Made by a program: the position numbers and the translations under genes. Below, piece by piece: positions 9,765 through 19,488 of a stretch of 64,000 bases of DNA. This DNA is from a virus. Under the pieces are notes generated by a model, which saw nothing but the letters and a program-made list of their open reading frames with translations, was not told the origin of the DNA and searched no databases. Positions within the stretch are counted from its first letter, which is position 1; every line of letters starts with the position of its first letter. The stretch lies in the IMG/VR virus record IMGVR_UViG_3300023296_001674, one strand, 5' to 3'.

Positions 9765-10245
9765 AAACTACCGACGGGATATAGACCGTGGTTATGAATC
9801 CTGATGTATGAGGATGATCTGGAATAGAATGACTGATGGTGATGATAATCAAGACGCCATGATGTGTTATGAAGCAATGAAACGCACGCACTCTCCCAAT
9901 GGAGCAGCTACCAGCCAGAATAAACAAAGAGGGGCTTTGACTGATGGTTAAAGTAGAACAAGAAGGATGCGCTGTCTGAGCTATTGACATCATCCAGCTT
10001 ATATCAATACGTTCAGGTCATTTATCGGCGTGATATAAGTACCGAATCCAACAGGACTATGGGAACTAAAGATGGTAAAGGGATTCCGCCATGCGCTTTA
10101 TGCGTTTCCAGTGAATGACTAGAAGCTCACTTATACTATGTGCAAACAACTTATAAATGATTAGACTAAATCCTTCCATTATAACTCTTTTCTAAGTGTT
10201 ATAAAGGGGGGATAAAAGTCTAATTAACAGTGCAATATAAGAATT
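9765..10245 (+). ncRNA. Candidate large structured non-coding RNA (unassigned family; strand inferred)
   Basis: No credible ORF, higher GC than flanks; stems ggatg/catcc (9965-9995), gcttatatca/tgatataagt (9997-10040), gaatcc/ggattc (10044-10086), long hairpin 10160-10224; loop 10016-10024 complementary to 10112-10120. Confidence 0.5.
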
Positions 10246-10416
10246 GAACTACGTTCAACTAAGTGTAACATAGCTTATTATTGTAGACCTATCATAATAT
10301 ACCATAATAATGATAAGAACATAATGTTAAAGATGTAAAGGCTTTATGAATGAACGTAGTGAAATGAATAAAGACGAACATCAGAAAGACGTAGTCTTTC
10401 TCTAAACATAAGTAAA

Positions 10417-10635
10417 TTATATTATAGGAAGTCCTGTCTTTTCTGTTGTCTCAATATTACTTTTTATTTTCTTGGTAATTGTTTCTCTGTGTGATGCGGT
10501 AAGTCGCCATGCTTGATCCCATGATATCGATCCTCTCATGTACCAACATATGTCCGTCACTTCTTTTTCTAAGGCTCTTGCTTCAAATGAAAGATCGATC
10601 ATAAAATCGCGTATTTCATCTGGAGACGAATTCAA
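10417..10635 (-). CDS. Baseplate hub/tail assembly chaperone, gp51-like; probably the -1 frameshift extension of the upstream gene
   Basis: ICWYMRGSISWDQAW motif; TTG start without clear SD; in the -1 frame after T TTT TTC. Confidence 0.6.
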   Translation of the reverse strand: MNSSPDEIRDFMIDLSFEARALEKEVTDICWYMRGSISWDQAWRLTASHRETITKKIKSNIETTEKTGLPII

Positions 10636-11480
10636 GAGCTTTGTTCGAAAAAATGCGATGGATCGAAGTTAACTGATGTTTTCCATTCATGTTGACAATT
10701 ATCACAATCAATTTCCATTTCTTTTGGAATGCCTACTTCATTAAGTTTTTTGATGGCTTCTTCTATTTGTTTTGTATCGTTTCTACTTGTTTTACTTAAA
10801 AACTCGCTTATGAAATCTTGATTGTCTGTAACTAACTTGCCTTCTCTATGAACACTGGTAATACTCAATGATAGCAATTCCATTGTTAAATCTACTGCTT
10901 TTTTATAACTACCTGCTGCTTTTGCTGCTTTTTCTTCATCGGATAAATCTTCAGACATTAACATTTGTAAGAATTTTCCTTCATTAAATGCCAATAATGC
11001 AGCCTTAACAGATGATGTATAAGTATATGGTTTTATTTTTATAACTAAACCATTTTCTAATTTAACTTGTGCATTCGGTTCTAATTTGTCTGCATTAGAT
11101 AGCAACCATGAAATATCTAAACCGAATTCTTTTTCTGTTTGACATTCTGGACATTCTGATGAGTAATCAATTTGGATGCCATAAGTGGCTTGTCGTATAG
11201 CCAATAATAATACTTCAATGTCATTCATTGGTAAATCTCGAACATTTGTAATACCGGGTGCGCAACTTTGTATAACTCTTGCGACTGATTCACCGTTAAG
11301 TAATGCATCAGGGCTTTTAAATAATAATTCATCTGCCGTAGTCATTGGATATACTTCTATTTCGCCATCTACCGATGTGATGATATCACCCTTTTCGCTA
11401 TAAAAACCACATGATGGCAGGGGTACATATATAGGAGTTCCTCTAAAAAATTCAGATAGTGGATTTTGTTCATTAACCAT
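10632..11480 (-). CDS. Baseplate hub assembly protein, T4 gp26-like
   Basis: LPSCG, PMTTADE, DIEVLLLAIR..TYG, CPEC and CDNC Zn motifs, C-terminal DPSHFF. Confidence 0.8.
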   Translation of the reverse strand: MVNEQNPLSEFFRGTPIYVPLPSCGFYSEKGDIITSVDGEIEVYPMTTADELLFKSPDALLNGESVARVIQSCAPGITNVRDLPMNDIEVLLLAIRQATYGIQIDYSSECPECQTEKEFGLDISWLLSNADKLEPNAQVKLENGLVIKIKPYTYTSSVKAALLAFNEGKFLQMLMSEDLSDEEKAAKAAGSYKKAVDLTMELLSLSITSVHREGKLVTDNQDFISEFLSKTSRNDTKQIEEAIKKLNEVGIPKEMEIDCDNCQHEWKTSVNFDPSHFFEQSS

Positions 11481-11582
11481 GGATTTTATTCCTCAAATAA
11501 ATAATAATGTAATAGTTTTGGGATTTAGTCAAAATACTTAACCAAAACTATTTATATAACTATTTATAACAGGTTTTAACAC

Positions 11583-14117
11583 ATGGCAACAGATAATCCA
11601 TTATTAGGCGGCGGCGATGATTCTTTTAACGATTGGGCTTCAGAAACTACTCAAAAAGAATTAAAAAAAATTCTTGAAGGTAAACTTAAAAATTACGACG
11701 CTAAGAAAATTGAAGAGTTATTAAAGAAGATCGAACTGAATACTCGTGCACTTAAAGGTAAAGGCGCGAGTGGTACTGGTGGTGCTAGTGGAATTGATTT
11801 CACTAAGGTAGTTAAGAATATAAATTTATCAGGCGGTTCTAGTGCTTCGGGTGGTGCTGGTCCATCTATTGCTAAAATAGTAGAAGATGCTACCAATTCT
11901 CCTTCACGAACAGGTGGTGCTGGCGGTGGCGGTGGCCCAATTATAAACAATGATGAAATAAAAAACGCAAAAGAAGAAGAAACTGAAGCAGTTAAAAAAT
12001 CTACTGGAGGTTTTTGGGATTTATCCAAATCTGTAAGTGCGTCCACAATAGGATTGATTAGTTTTACTGCTGTAGCCGGTGCATTGGGTGCATATATAGG
12101 AAACTCAATTGATGGTTATAGAGAACTTATTAATGCAGGTAGCAATTTTAATAGTTCATTGTTAGAAATGAGAAAAGCATCAGCAGATGCTGGCATGGGG
12201 TTTGACACTTTTGTTAAGGTATTAACAAAAAACAGTCAAGTTGTTAAAATGGTTGGCACAGGAGAATTTTTATCATTACAAAAAAGAATTCGACGCGTGG
12301 GTGATGATTTTGGGCAGTTTGGATTAACAGTTGAAGGAACCAGTGATTTTCTATCTGATTACTTAGAAACAAATATTCGTTTGGGTAATAGGCAGAAAAT
12401 AGATGAGACGTCAAGGGCGATAGGGTTTAGATCATATATGAATGAATTGACATCATTATCGAAAGCTACTGGTATACAACGTGAAGAATTGGCTAAAAAT
12501 GCCAAAGGTGTTGCAGATAACTCTAATATTCGCACAGCGATGAATAGAATGTCTAAATCAGAACGTGAAGAATTTAGTAAGACAATGGAAACTATGGGTT
12601 TAAAAATGGCAGCATTTGGTGATCCTATGAAAGAATTGATGGCTGATGCAGTTGGATCATTTATGTCTACTGGTAATATAGGTTTATCAGATTTGGGTAA
12701 AATCGCGGCAGTTGCCAGCGGTGAAACCGCCAATGCGATGACGTCTATGGTGAAAAGAATACAAGGTGGCGGCGATGATGCAAATTTGGCATTAGCAGAC
12801 TTAGCGAAATTAATGAGAGGAACCGATTTTCTTAATGCAGTAGGTGCAATGGAAGTGGCTAATAATTCAGCGGCTCTAGCAGTTAGTGCAGCCGCAGGAA
12901 AATGGATGCATAGTTCAGACACACAAGCTTCCGCTATACTTGACGCAACGCGAATGACGAGAGAACAAACTGATGCGATAGCAAGAAAAGAAGCCATCGA
13001 GTCGGCTGGTTCAAAGGCGCTATTAAACGTTCAATCCAATATGGGTAAAGCGTTTGGAACAATGCAATTTGCTATATTAAATGGTCTCACGCCTGCTATA
13101 ACAGGCGCTGGTGTTATATTTTCTGATATGATGGATGTTATCATGGGCGCATTTACTAAAGATCGAATGGATAGTATTGTATCAACGTTGGGTGATGCGT
13201 TTAAAACAGTTCAGAGTTGGGGTGATAAATTCGCATTATGGATAGGTGAAGGTGGTATTGAACGTAGTATTAAAAATATAATAGGATTTACGCAGTCTTT
13301 GGGTGAATCGATGATGTTTTTGGCTGATAATATAGATGTTATAATTGCTGGTACAGCCACTCTTGCGGTGATATTTGCTGGATTAAAGATAATCGGTATA
13401 GCTCTTGCACTCGGCGGCGCGGCGATAGCAGGCCCAGTGGCGCTAGTTGTTGGTGGTGTTATCGCGTTGGGTGGTGCTATTGCATTAGTGGTTGCATATT
13501 CAGAAGAATTAGGTGGATTTATTTCAAGATTTGGTGAGAATATGTGGAATAGTGTTAGACTTGGACTAACAACGTGGCCGATTGGTAGTTTATTAATGGA
13601 TTCGATTAATAGCATGTTTGATACTAATTTTGATTTTGGTGGATATGTAGAAAGTGTATTATATAAATTAACGGGTGGCATTTTTGGTAAAGACGCACCT
13701 AAGCCAGGATTTTCATTTGGCGATGATGTTGGTAGTGTCGCCGTTGGTGTTAATGATAATAAATCACCTGAAGATATAAAGAAAGATCGCGTAACTATAG
13801 CAAGAGAACGATCATTTAAAGAGATAAAAGCTATTCCTGATTTAAACCATAATCAATTATCAAGAGCAAGGCGCGGAACGAATTTATCTACTGATGATTT
13901 GAAGGCTGATATGGCTGATGATGGAGTACTTACACCACAAAATAGAAAAATAATAGAAGAGAAAGCTAATAGTGGTGAAAAGTATGCCAAGTTGTTATTA
14001 GAGCAAATGACTAGAGCGAATGATTTAGCAGAGCAAGCGCAACAAGCACGCGAAGAACAAATAAAACAGACAAAAAAACGTCAACCTAGCTTTGGAATGG
14101 CTAGTTCTGGAACATAA
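11583..14117 (+). CDS. Tape-measure-like tail protein
   Basis: 844 aa, Ala/Gly-rich helical with hydrophobic segments; divergent from gp26/51-like chaperones and before the portal. Confidence 0.65.
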   Translation: MATDNPLLGGGDDSFNDWASETTQKELKKILEGKLKNYDAKKIEELLKKIELNTRALKGKGASGTGGASGIDFTKVVKNINLSGGSSASGGAGPSIAKIVEDATNSPSRTGGAGGGGGPIINNDEIKNAKEEETEAVKKSTGGFWDLSKSVSASTIGLISFTAVAGALGAYIGNSIDGYRELINAGSNFNSSLLEMRKASADAGMGFDTFVKVLTKNSQVVKMVGTGEFLSLQKRIRRVGDDFGQFGLTVEGTSDFLSDYLETNIRLGNRQKIDETSRAIGFRSYMNELTSLSKATGIQREELAKNAKGVADNSNIRTAMNRMSKSEREEFSKTMETMGLKMAAFGDPMKELMADAVGSFMSTGNIGLSDLGKIAAVASGETANAMTSMVKRIQGGGDDANLALADLAKLMRGTDFLNAVGAMEVANNSAALAVSAAAGKWMHSSDTQASAILDATRMTREQTDAIARKEAIESAGSKALLNVQSNMGKAFGTMQFAILNGLTPAITGAGVIFSDMMDVIMGAFTKDRMDSIVSTLGDAFKTVQSWGDKFALWIGEGGIERSIKNIIGFTQSLGESMMFLADNIDVIIAGTATLAVIFAGLKIIGIALALGGAAIAGPVALVVGGVIALGGAIALVVAYSEELGGFISRFGENMWNSVRLGLTTWPIGSLLMDSINSMFDTNFDFGGYVESVLYKLTGGIFGKDAPKPGFSFGDDVGSVAVGVNDNKSPEDIKKDRVTIARERSFKEIKAIPDLNHNQLSRARRGTNLSTDDLKADMADDGVLTPQNRKIIEEKANSGEKYAKLLLEQMTRANDLAEQAQQAREEQIKQTKKRQPSFGMASSGT

Positions 14118-14207
14118 CAAGACTAAATAGTATTGTTACTATGTTGGTTATATCACAAAGTATATACAGATCGTAATAAATAACTTAAATCATTATAAGG
14201 AATATCT

Positions 14208-15971
14208 ATGTCCTGGACAAAACATTTTCAGTCGTCGTCGACCCGAAATCGTCAAAAGTTGGCGTCTCGTTTTATTGACGACCCTATAACATCAGCAAGC
14301 CCTAATTCATTTTCAAACAGATTCACAAGTTGGCTACCAGAAGTATATTCTGGTCAACCTAACCGTATTGAGAGATATTCACAATATGATAACATGGATT
14401 TAGATACTGAAATAAACATGGCGCTTGATACTATTGCTGATTCCATGTCAGAAATTAACGAAGATACCAACACGCCATTTAAATTTACATGGAACGCAGG
14501 AATAACTGAAGAAGATACTGATATGCTTCAACAAATGTTGAGGCAGTGGACACAAGTTAACGATTTAGATAAACGTATGTGGAAGATGATTCGTAGTATT
14601 TTAAAATATGGCGATCAATTTTTCATTCGTGACCCTGATACATATAAATTGTATTGGGTTTCACCAGATAAAATAGACAGTGTTGTGGTTGACGAATCTA
14701 AAGGTAAGAAACCAGAACAATATATTATAAGAGACTTAGATGCTAACTTACAAACATTAGTAGCATCTGGAAATCAAAAGAAACCATCTGACCAACGTGG
14801 TTATAGTTCAGGCCCAATGGCTAGTGGACAGCAAGGTGGTGCTTTAAATACAGCAGGAAGACAACCCGGTGCTAGATTCCAACAGGGAACTGGTGGGGCA
14901 CAAACTGGTGCGGGTGCTGGATTGGCATATTATGTTGATGCAGATAATGTTATCCATATGTCATTATCAGAAGGAATGGATAATATCTGGCCTTTCGGTA
15001 TTTCTATATTAGAAAACGTATTTAAAGTATATAAACAAATGGAACTCATCGAAGACGCGGTTATTATATATCGTGTTCAACGTGCTCCAGAACGACGAGT
15101 ATTTTATGTTGATACAGGTAGACTTCCAAACCACAGGGCTATGGCATATCTTGAACGTATTAAAAACGAAATCCAGCAGAAAAGAATCCCTAGCAGAACC
15201 GGCGGTCAACAAAATGTGTTAGATGCCACGTATAACCCAATGTCTATGCTAGAAGATTACTTTTTCGCTCAAAACGCGGATGGTAAAGGTTCCAGAGTTG
15301 AAACTTTACCAGGAGGTGATCAACTAGGTCAGATTGATGATATGAAGTATTTCCATCATAAAATCCGTACCGGTCTTCGAGTTCCTCGTTCTTATATGCC
15401 AGATTTTGATGATGGTGGTGGCGCTATCTTTAATGATGGGCGAGTAGGAACGGCGTATATCGAAGAGTTACGATTCACCAAATATTGTGTAAGATTGCAA
15501 AACATGATGGCAACTCACTTTGATAGAGAGTTTAAATTGTTTTGTAAACAGCGCGGTATCAACATACATGCGAATCTATTTCAATTAACTTTGAATGAAC
15601 CACAGAACTTTAGTAAGTATCGCCAAACAGAAGTTGATGGTGCGGTATTAAGTGTTTACAGCCAAGTTGCTGATATTAAACATATATCGAAATCATATGG
15701 TTTGATTAAGTATGCTGGGTGGACAATGGAAGATGTTCTTGAGAATGAAAAATGGTGGGCTATTGAAAATGCTGACAAGATAGAAGCAGGTGAAGTTGCA
15801 GCCTCTGGTGATGAAGATATGTCATTCAGTGATACTGGTGCTACATCTGATGGTATGGATGCAGATGCAGGTGGCGAAATCGATTTAGATGGCGGTAATG
15901 ATGATGGTGATGGCTCTGCAAGTGCGATAAGTGGTGATGAAGGCGGTGATGGTGGCGATCTTGAGTTATAA
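14208..15971 (+). CDS. Portal protein, T4 gp20-like
   Basis: IEDAVIIYRVQRAPERRVFYVDTGRLP, MLEDYFF, ETLPGG, LRVPRS motifs. Confidence 0.95.
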   Translation: MSWTKHFQSSSTRNRQKLASRFIDDPITSASPNSFSNRFTSWLPEVYSGQPNRIERYSQYDNMDLDTEINMALDTIADSMSEINEDTNTPFKFTWNAGITEEDTDMLQQMLRQWTQVNDLDKRMWKMIRSILKYGDQFFIRDPDTYKLYWVSPDKIDSVVVDESKGKKPEQYIIRDLDANLQTLVASGNQKKPSDQRGYSSGPMASGQQGGALNTAGRQPGARFQQGTGGAQTGAGAGLAYYVDADNVIHMSLSEGMDNIWPFGISILENVFKVYKQMELIEDAVIIYRVQRAPERRVFYVDTGRLPNHRAMAYLERIKNEIQQKRIPSRTGGQQNVLDATYNPMSMLEDYFFAQNADGKGSRVETLPGGDQLGQIDDMKYFHHKIRTGLRVPRSYMPDFDDGGGAIFNDGRVGTAYIEELRFTKYCVRLQNMMATHFDREFKLFCKQRGINIHANLFQLTLNEPQNFSKYRQTEVDGAVLSVYSQVADIKHISKSYGLIKYAGWTMEDVLENEKWWAIENADKIEAGEVAASGDEDMSFSDTGATSDGMDADAGGEIDLDGGNDDGDGSASAISGDEGGDGGDLEL

Positions 15972-16000
15972 TATAAATAATAAGAAAGGGGATTGATGTT

Positions 16001-16273
16001 ATGAAATTATCTGAGTTTGTACCAAAAGAGATTATGTTAGAGTTTGAAGATTTTTCTGATCTTGCATCATTGACGTTGAATAATCCAGAACAAGATGATT
16101 TAAGTAAACAGAATAATAGCAATCGTTATGATAAATCAAGAAAACCTCTTATAAGTTTACGACATATACATAAATTAAAGTTAATACAAGCAGCCAAGCA
16201 AATAGAAATGGAAGAACGGAAGAAGTTGATGGGACTGATGTATTCAGTGCCAAATGATGAAGAATCTGTTTAA
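16001..16273 (+). CDS. Small head-module protein
   Basis: Between portal and scaffold genes; TATAAATA at 15972. Confidence 0.55.
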   Translation: MKLSEFVPKEIMLEFEDFSDLASLTLNNPEQDDLSKQNNSNRYDKSRKPLISLRHIHKLKLIQAAKQIEMEERKKLMGLMYSVPNDEESV

Positions 16274-16298
16274 AATCAATCAAAATATATAAAATGTT

Positions 16299-16328
16299 AA
16301 AAAAAGGGTGTTAAATCACTCTTTTTTT
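16299..16328. terminator. Probable intrinsic terminator
   Basis: aaaaaaagggtg-ttaaat-cactcttttttt. Confidence 0.6.
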
Positions 16329-16337
16329 ATTTGTCTG

Positions 16338-16345
16338 TATAAATA
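16338..16345 (+). promoter_or_regulatory. T4-type late promoter
   Basis: TATAAATA upstream of head operon. Same or (A/C)TAAATA variants at 11496, 14175, 15972, 20771, 27306, 31486, 34170, 36341, 40504, and on minus strand at 11549 and 11561. Confidence 0.75.
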
Positions 16346-16413
16346 ATTGTGATTAAAGGATTAATAGTTCTTACCTTTCTCGTTAGGCTGAGAAATCAAT
16401 GGAGATTATTCGA

Positions 16414-17544
16414 ATGACAAACAGAACACATTTAGAAGAAGCTTTAGAATTTTTGATTAATGAAGAAGGCGAGCAGGCAACTGCTAGTTTTCATAAATTC
16501 ATCATCGGAAGTGCTAAAACAATTCATGAATCTTTAATGGCAGAAGATGCTATTGATGATGATATCACTGAAGGCGACGAGAAAGTTGAAGAAACTAAAG
16601 ACGAAGAAGTAACCGAAGCTAAAGATGAAGAAGTTACTGAAGAAGCTGAAACTGATACCGACGACAAAGTTGAAGAAGGTATGAATGAATATTTCAGTGG
16701 TGGTGATTTAGGTGAAGCAGGCGACGAAGTTGCACCTGATATGGAACTTGATGCTGCTCCAGAAATGGACGAAACAGTAACTGTTCCTTTATCCGATCTT
16801 GAAGAATTAAAAGCAAAATTTGAAGAAATAACTGCTGCCGTTCCTGAATTGGCTGACGATGATCTTGGTGCTGAACTTGGTGCTGTTGATGACGTTGCTA
16901 CCGGTGACGAATTTGCCGCAGAATCTAACCCTTTTGCTGAAGGCGAAGAAAACAAAGAAGAAGCAGTTGAAGAAGCAGTATCGCATGGCGATGGTGTTCA
17001 AAGCACTGCTGGAACCGATGCTAACGGTGGTGGAACACATGGTAAAAATGCCAGTATTGCACACAATTCCGATGTTGGTAACAAAGATGATTCTAAATTA
17101 TCCGAAACAGCAGAATTCGACTTCGATTTAACTGAAGACGATTTTCTTGATCTTGAAGAAGGTTTAAAATCAGTAAGTGTTTCCATGGGTGGTGAACAAG
17201 GCGGCGTTAAGTATGCTGGCGAAGAAACCAACACGAAATCAACTGTTGCTGATAAAGACAAATCTGATGTAAAAGCTGATCCTAAAACAATGATATCAAA
17301 GCAAGATGAGCATGGCACATACAAACGTGAATCTGCACCTTCCAATGATAAACTTCCGCATAGTGGTGAAAACAATCACGATAAAGCCGAAGGAACACCG
17401 GGACGTAGTTCAGTTTCTGGACATGGTGGATTAGAAAGCAATAGTGGTAATGATGGTGGTGAACAGGGCGGCAAGAAGTTTGCTGGCAAAGAAACCAACA
17501 CAAAATCGATAATTGGTTCTGCTGGTAGCAGAAACGAAAAATAA
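16414..17544 (+). CDS. Acidic prohead core/scaffold-associated protein
   Basis: Very acidic; many (L/V)xE sites; duplicated GGEQGGxKxAGxETNTKS; start moved to 16414 (GGAG upstream); precedes protease. Confidence 0.6.
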   Translation: MTNRTHLEEALEFLINEEGEQATASFHKFIIGSAKTIHESLMAEDAIDDDITEGDEKVEETKDEEVTEAKDEEVTEEAETDTDDKVEEGMNEYFSGGDLGEAGDEVAPDMELDAAPEMDETVTVPLSDLEELKAKFEEITAAVPELADDDLGAELGAVDDVATGDEFAAESNPFAEGEENKEEAVEEAVSHGDGVQSTAGTDANGGGTHGKNASIAHNSDVGNKDDSKLSETAEFDFDLTEDDFLDLEEGLKSVSVSMGGEQGGVKYAGEETNTKSTVADKDKSDVKADPKTMISKQDEHGTYKRESAPSNDKLPHSGENNHDKAEGTPGRSSVSGHGGLESNSGNDGGEQGGKKFAGKETNTKSIIGSAGSRNEK

Positions 17545-17559
17545 GGAAGACAAGTTAAA

Positions 17560-18216
17560 ATGGGAATACTAACAGAACAGATGTCAGGTAAGCAAGCACA
17601 ATGGGTTGCTGAATCTGTCGACGGGAAGAATGGTAAGAAAAACTTGTTTTTAACTGGATGTTTTATTCAGGGTGATATCAGAAACCAAAATGGAAGAATT
17701 TATTCCAAAGGCGAGATTACTGGTGCGGTTGGTTCTATAACAGAACAAATACTTAGCGGTGAAAGCGTTATTGGTGAATGCGATCACCCCGAAGAACTAA
17801 CAGTAGGATTAGACCGAGTGAGTCATATGATCACCGAAATGAAAATGGATGGTGCAGATGGTATAGGCAAGTTGAAAATCTTATCTACCCCATGTGGAAA
17901 TATAGTTCAAACACTCATCGAAGAAGGTGTTCGACTTGGTGTATCTTCCCGAGGTTCGGGAAATGTTGATGATAATGGTTATGTTTCGGATTTTGAAATT
18001 GTGACTGTTGACATTGTAGCGAAACCGTCCGCTCCGGGCGCTTATCCTGAAGCAATGTACGAAGGCATGCAATATGCTGCCGTGTATGAAGCTTTAGGTT
18101 ATAAGGCAAGGGGAAACAACATAGCAGACTTAGCAGATGCGGTTAACCATGATCGTGCCGCCCAGAAATACCTTAAGGAAGGTGTTATGGACTGGTTTGG
18201 TAACTTAAAATCTTAA
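17560..18216 (+). CDS. Prohead protease, T4 gp21-like
   Basis: NQNGRIY, GECDHP, VSH, LGVSSRGSG, DIVAKPSAPGA. Confidence 0.95.
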   Translation: MGILTEQMSGKQAQWVAESVDGKNGKKNLFLTGCFIQGDIRNQNGRIYSKGEITGAVGSITEQILSGESVIGECDHPEELTVGLDRVSHMITEMKMDGADGIGKLKILSTPCGNIVQTLIEEGVRLGVSSRGSGNVDDNGYVSDFEIVTVDIVAKPSAPGAYPEAMYEGMQYAAVYEALGYKARGNNIADLADAVNHDRAAQKYLKEGVMDWFGNLKS

Positions 18217-18228
18217 GGAGATTAAACT

Positions 18229-19464
18229 ATGAAAGATGATGCTTTAAAACCTCTTCTTGAGAACGAACTTTTAGATGATGCTTCCAAGCAAGCGATAAGT
18301 GAAGCTTGGGAAATTAATCTTAAGGAAGCTCGCGAAGAGATTGAAACACAACTACGTGAAGAATATACTTCACGCTACGAGCACGATAAAGGTGTTTTAG
18401 TGGAAGCTGTTGAACGTATGGTCACAGACGGTATGTCAGTAGAAATCGCTGAATTTGTAGCAGATAGTAAAAGACTCACAGAGCAACAAGTTAAGCTTGC
18501 CGAAGAAATTCGTAAAGCAAGAATTGATGCTAAAGAAAAACTAGCAGAACAAATGCAAATGTTAGAAACATTCGTACTTGAAACGTTAGGAACCGAAATT
18601 GGGGCGTTTGAAGCAGACCGCCGCGAAATCAAAGAAGGTAAGCGTGCCGTTGCTAAGAAACTTCGCGAATGCAGAGTGGAATACAACGAAAAACTTGCCG
18701 AAAGTGTTGCTAAGATGGGCGATTTTGTAGTTAATCAGTTATCTACAGAAATGGGCGATTTCCATCAAGATAAAGTTGCACTTCGTAATCAGCGTGTGCG
18801 TATGATTGCAGAAGGGAAGAAAGCGATTGCTGAAACCCGTAAGCAAATTATTGCACGTAGCTCTAAACTAATCGAAAGCAGAATTCCGAAAATGCTTGAA
18901 GCAGAAATGACACAGTTTAAAGATGACATCATTGCTTCTAGACAGAAGAAATTTGGTTCCGAAATGTTTGAAGCATTTGTAGCTGAATACAAAACAACAT
19001 TCTTTAACGAATCTGTTGAAGTTAAAAAACTTAGTGATCAAATCGTTGAAAGCGATGAGAAACTTAAGAAAGCTTCCGCATTATTCGAATCAGCAACCAA
19101 AATGGTTAAAGATTCACAAAAGAAACAGGTACTTGCAGAAAGTAAGGCAACTCGTATTGTGGTTACAAATGAATTGCTATCTAAACTATCTGGAAGCCAA
19201 AAAGACGTTATGGCAGAATTACTTGAAGGTGTGAAAACGGAAAATCTTCGTGCACAGTTTAGAAAGTATATCCCTGCTGTTACTAGCGGTGCCGGTGCTA
19301 CCGCTTTGAGCCGTAAGACTTCCACTGTGAAGCCCTTACAAGAAGGCAAAAAAGAAATTACTGGAAACAAAGAAAACAACAAACTTACCGAGAGTGTTGA
19401 CTCCGAGGATGCCAGCGACGTTGCTGAACTCATCGAGATGAAAAGACTCGCAGGCATGAACTAA
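18229..19464 (+). CDS. Prohead scaffolding protein, T4 gp22-like
   Basis: Coiled-coil, FGSEMFEAF motif, between protease and MCP. Confidence 0.8.
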   Translation: MKDDALKPLLENELLDDASKQAISEAWEINLKEAREEIETQLREEYTSRYEHDKGVLVEAVERMVTDGMSVEIAEFVADSKRLTEQQVKLAEEIRKARIDAKEKLAEQMQMLETFVLETLGTEIGAFEADRREIKEGKRAVAKKLRECRVEYNEKLAESVAKMGDFVVNQLSTEMGDFHQDKVALRNQRVRMIAEGKKAIAETRKQIIARSSKLIESRIPKMLEAEMTQFKDDIIASRQKKFGSEMFEAFVAEYKTTFFNESVEVKKLSDQIVESDEKLKKASALFESATKMVKDSQKKQVLAESKATRIVVTNELLSKLSGSQKDVMAELLEGVKTENLRAQFRKYIPAVTSGAGATALSRKTSTVKPLQEGKKEITGNKENNKLTESVDSEDASDVAELIEMKRLAGMN

Positions 19465-19488
19465 GGAATCTAAAGGAGATTTATAAAA

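Noticed and set aside
9745-9993. 82-aa minus-strand ORF in the non-coding element
   Set aside because: No SD, atypical composition, overlaps the stem-rich region
9765-10130. Group I intron, tmRNA or RNase P call for the structured element
   Set aside because: GATATAGACC resembles a group I S element but order and partners do not fit and no gene is interrupted; no tRNA-like ends or RNase P signatures recognised
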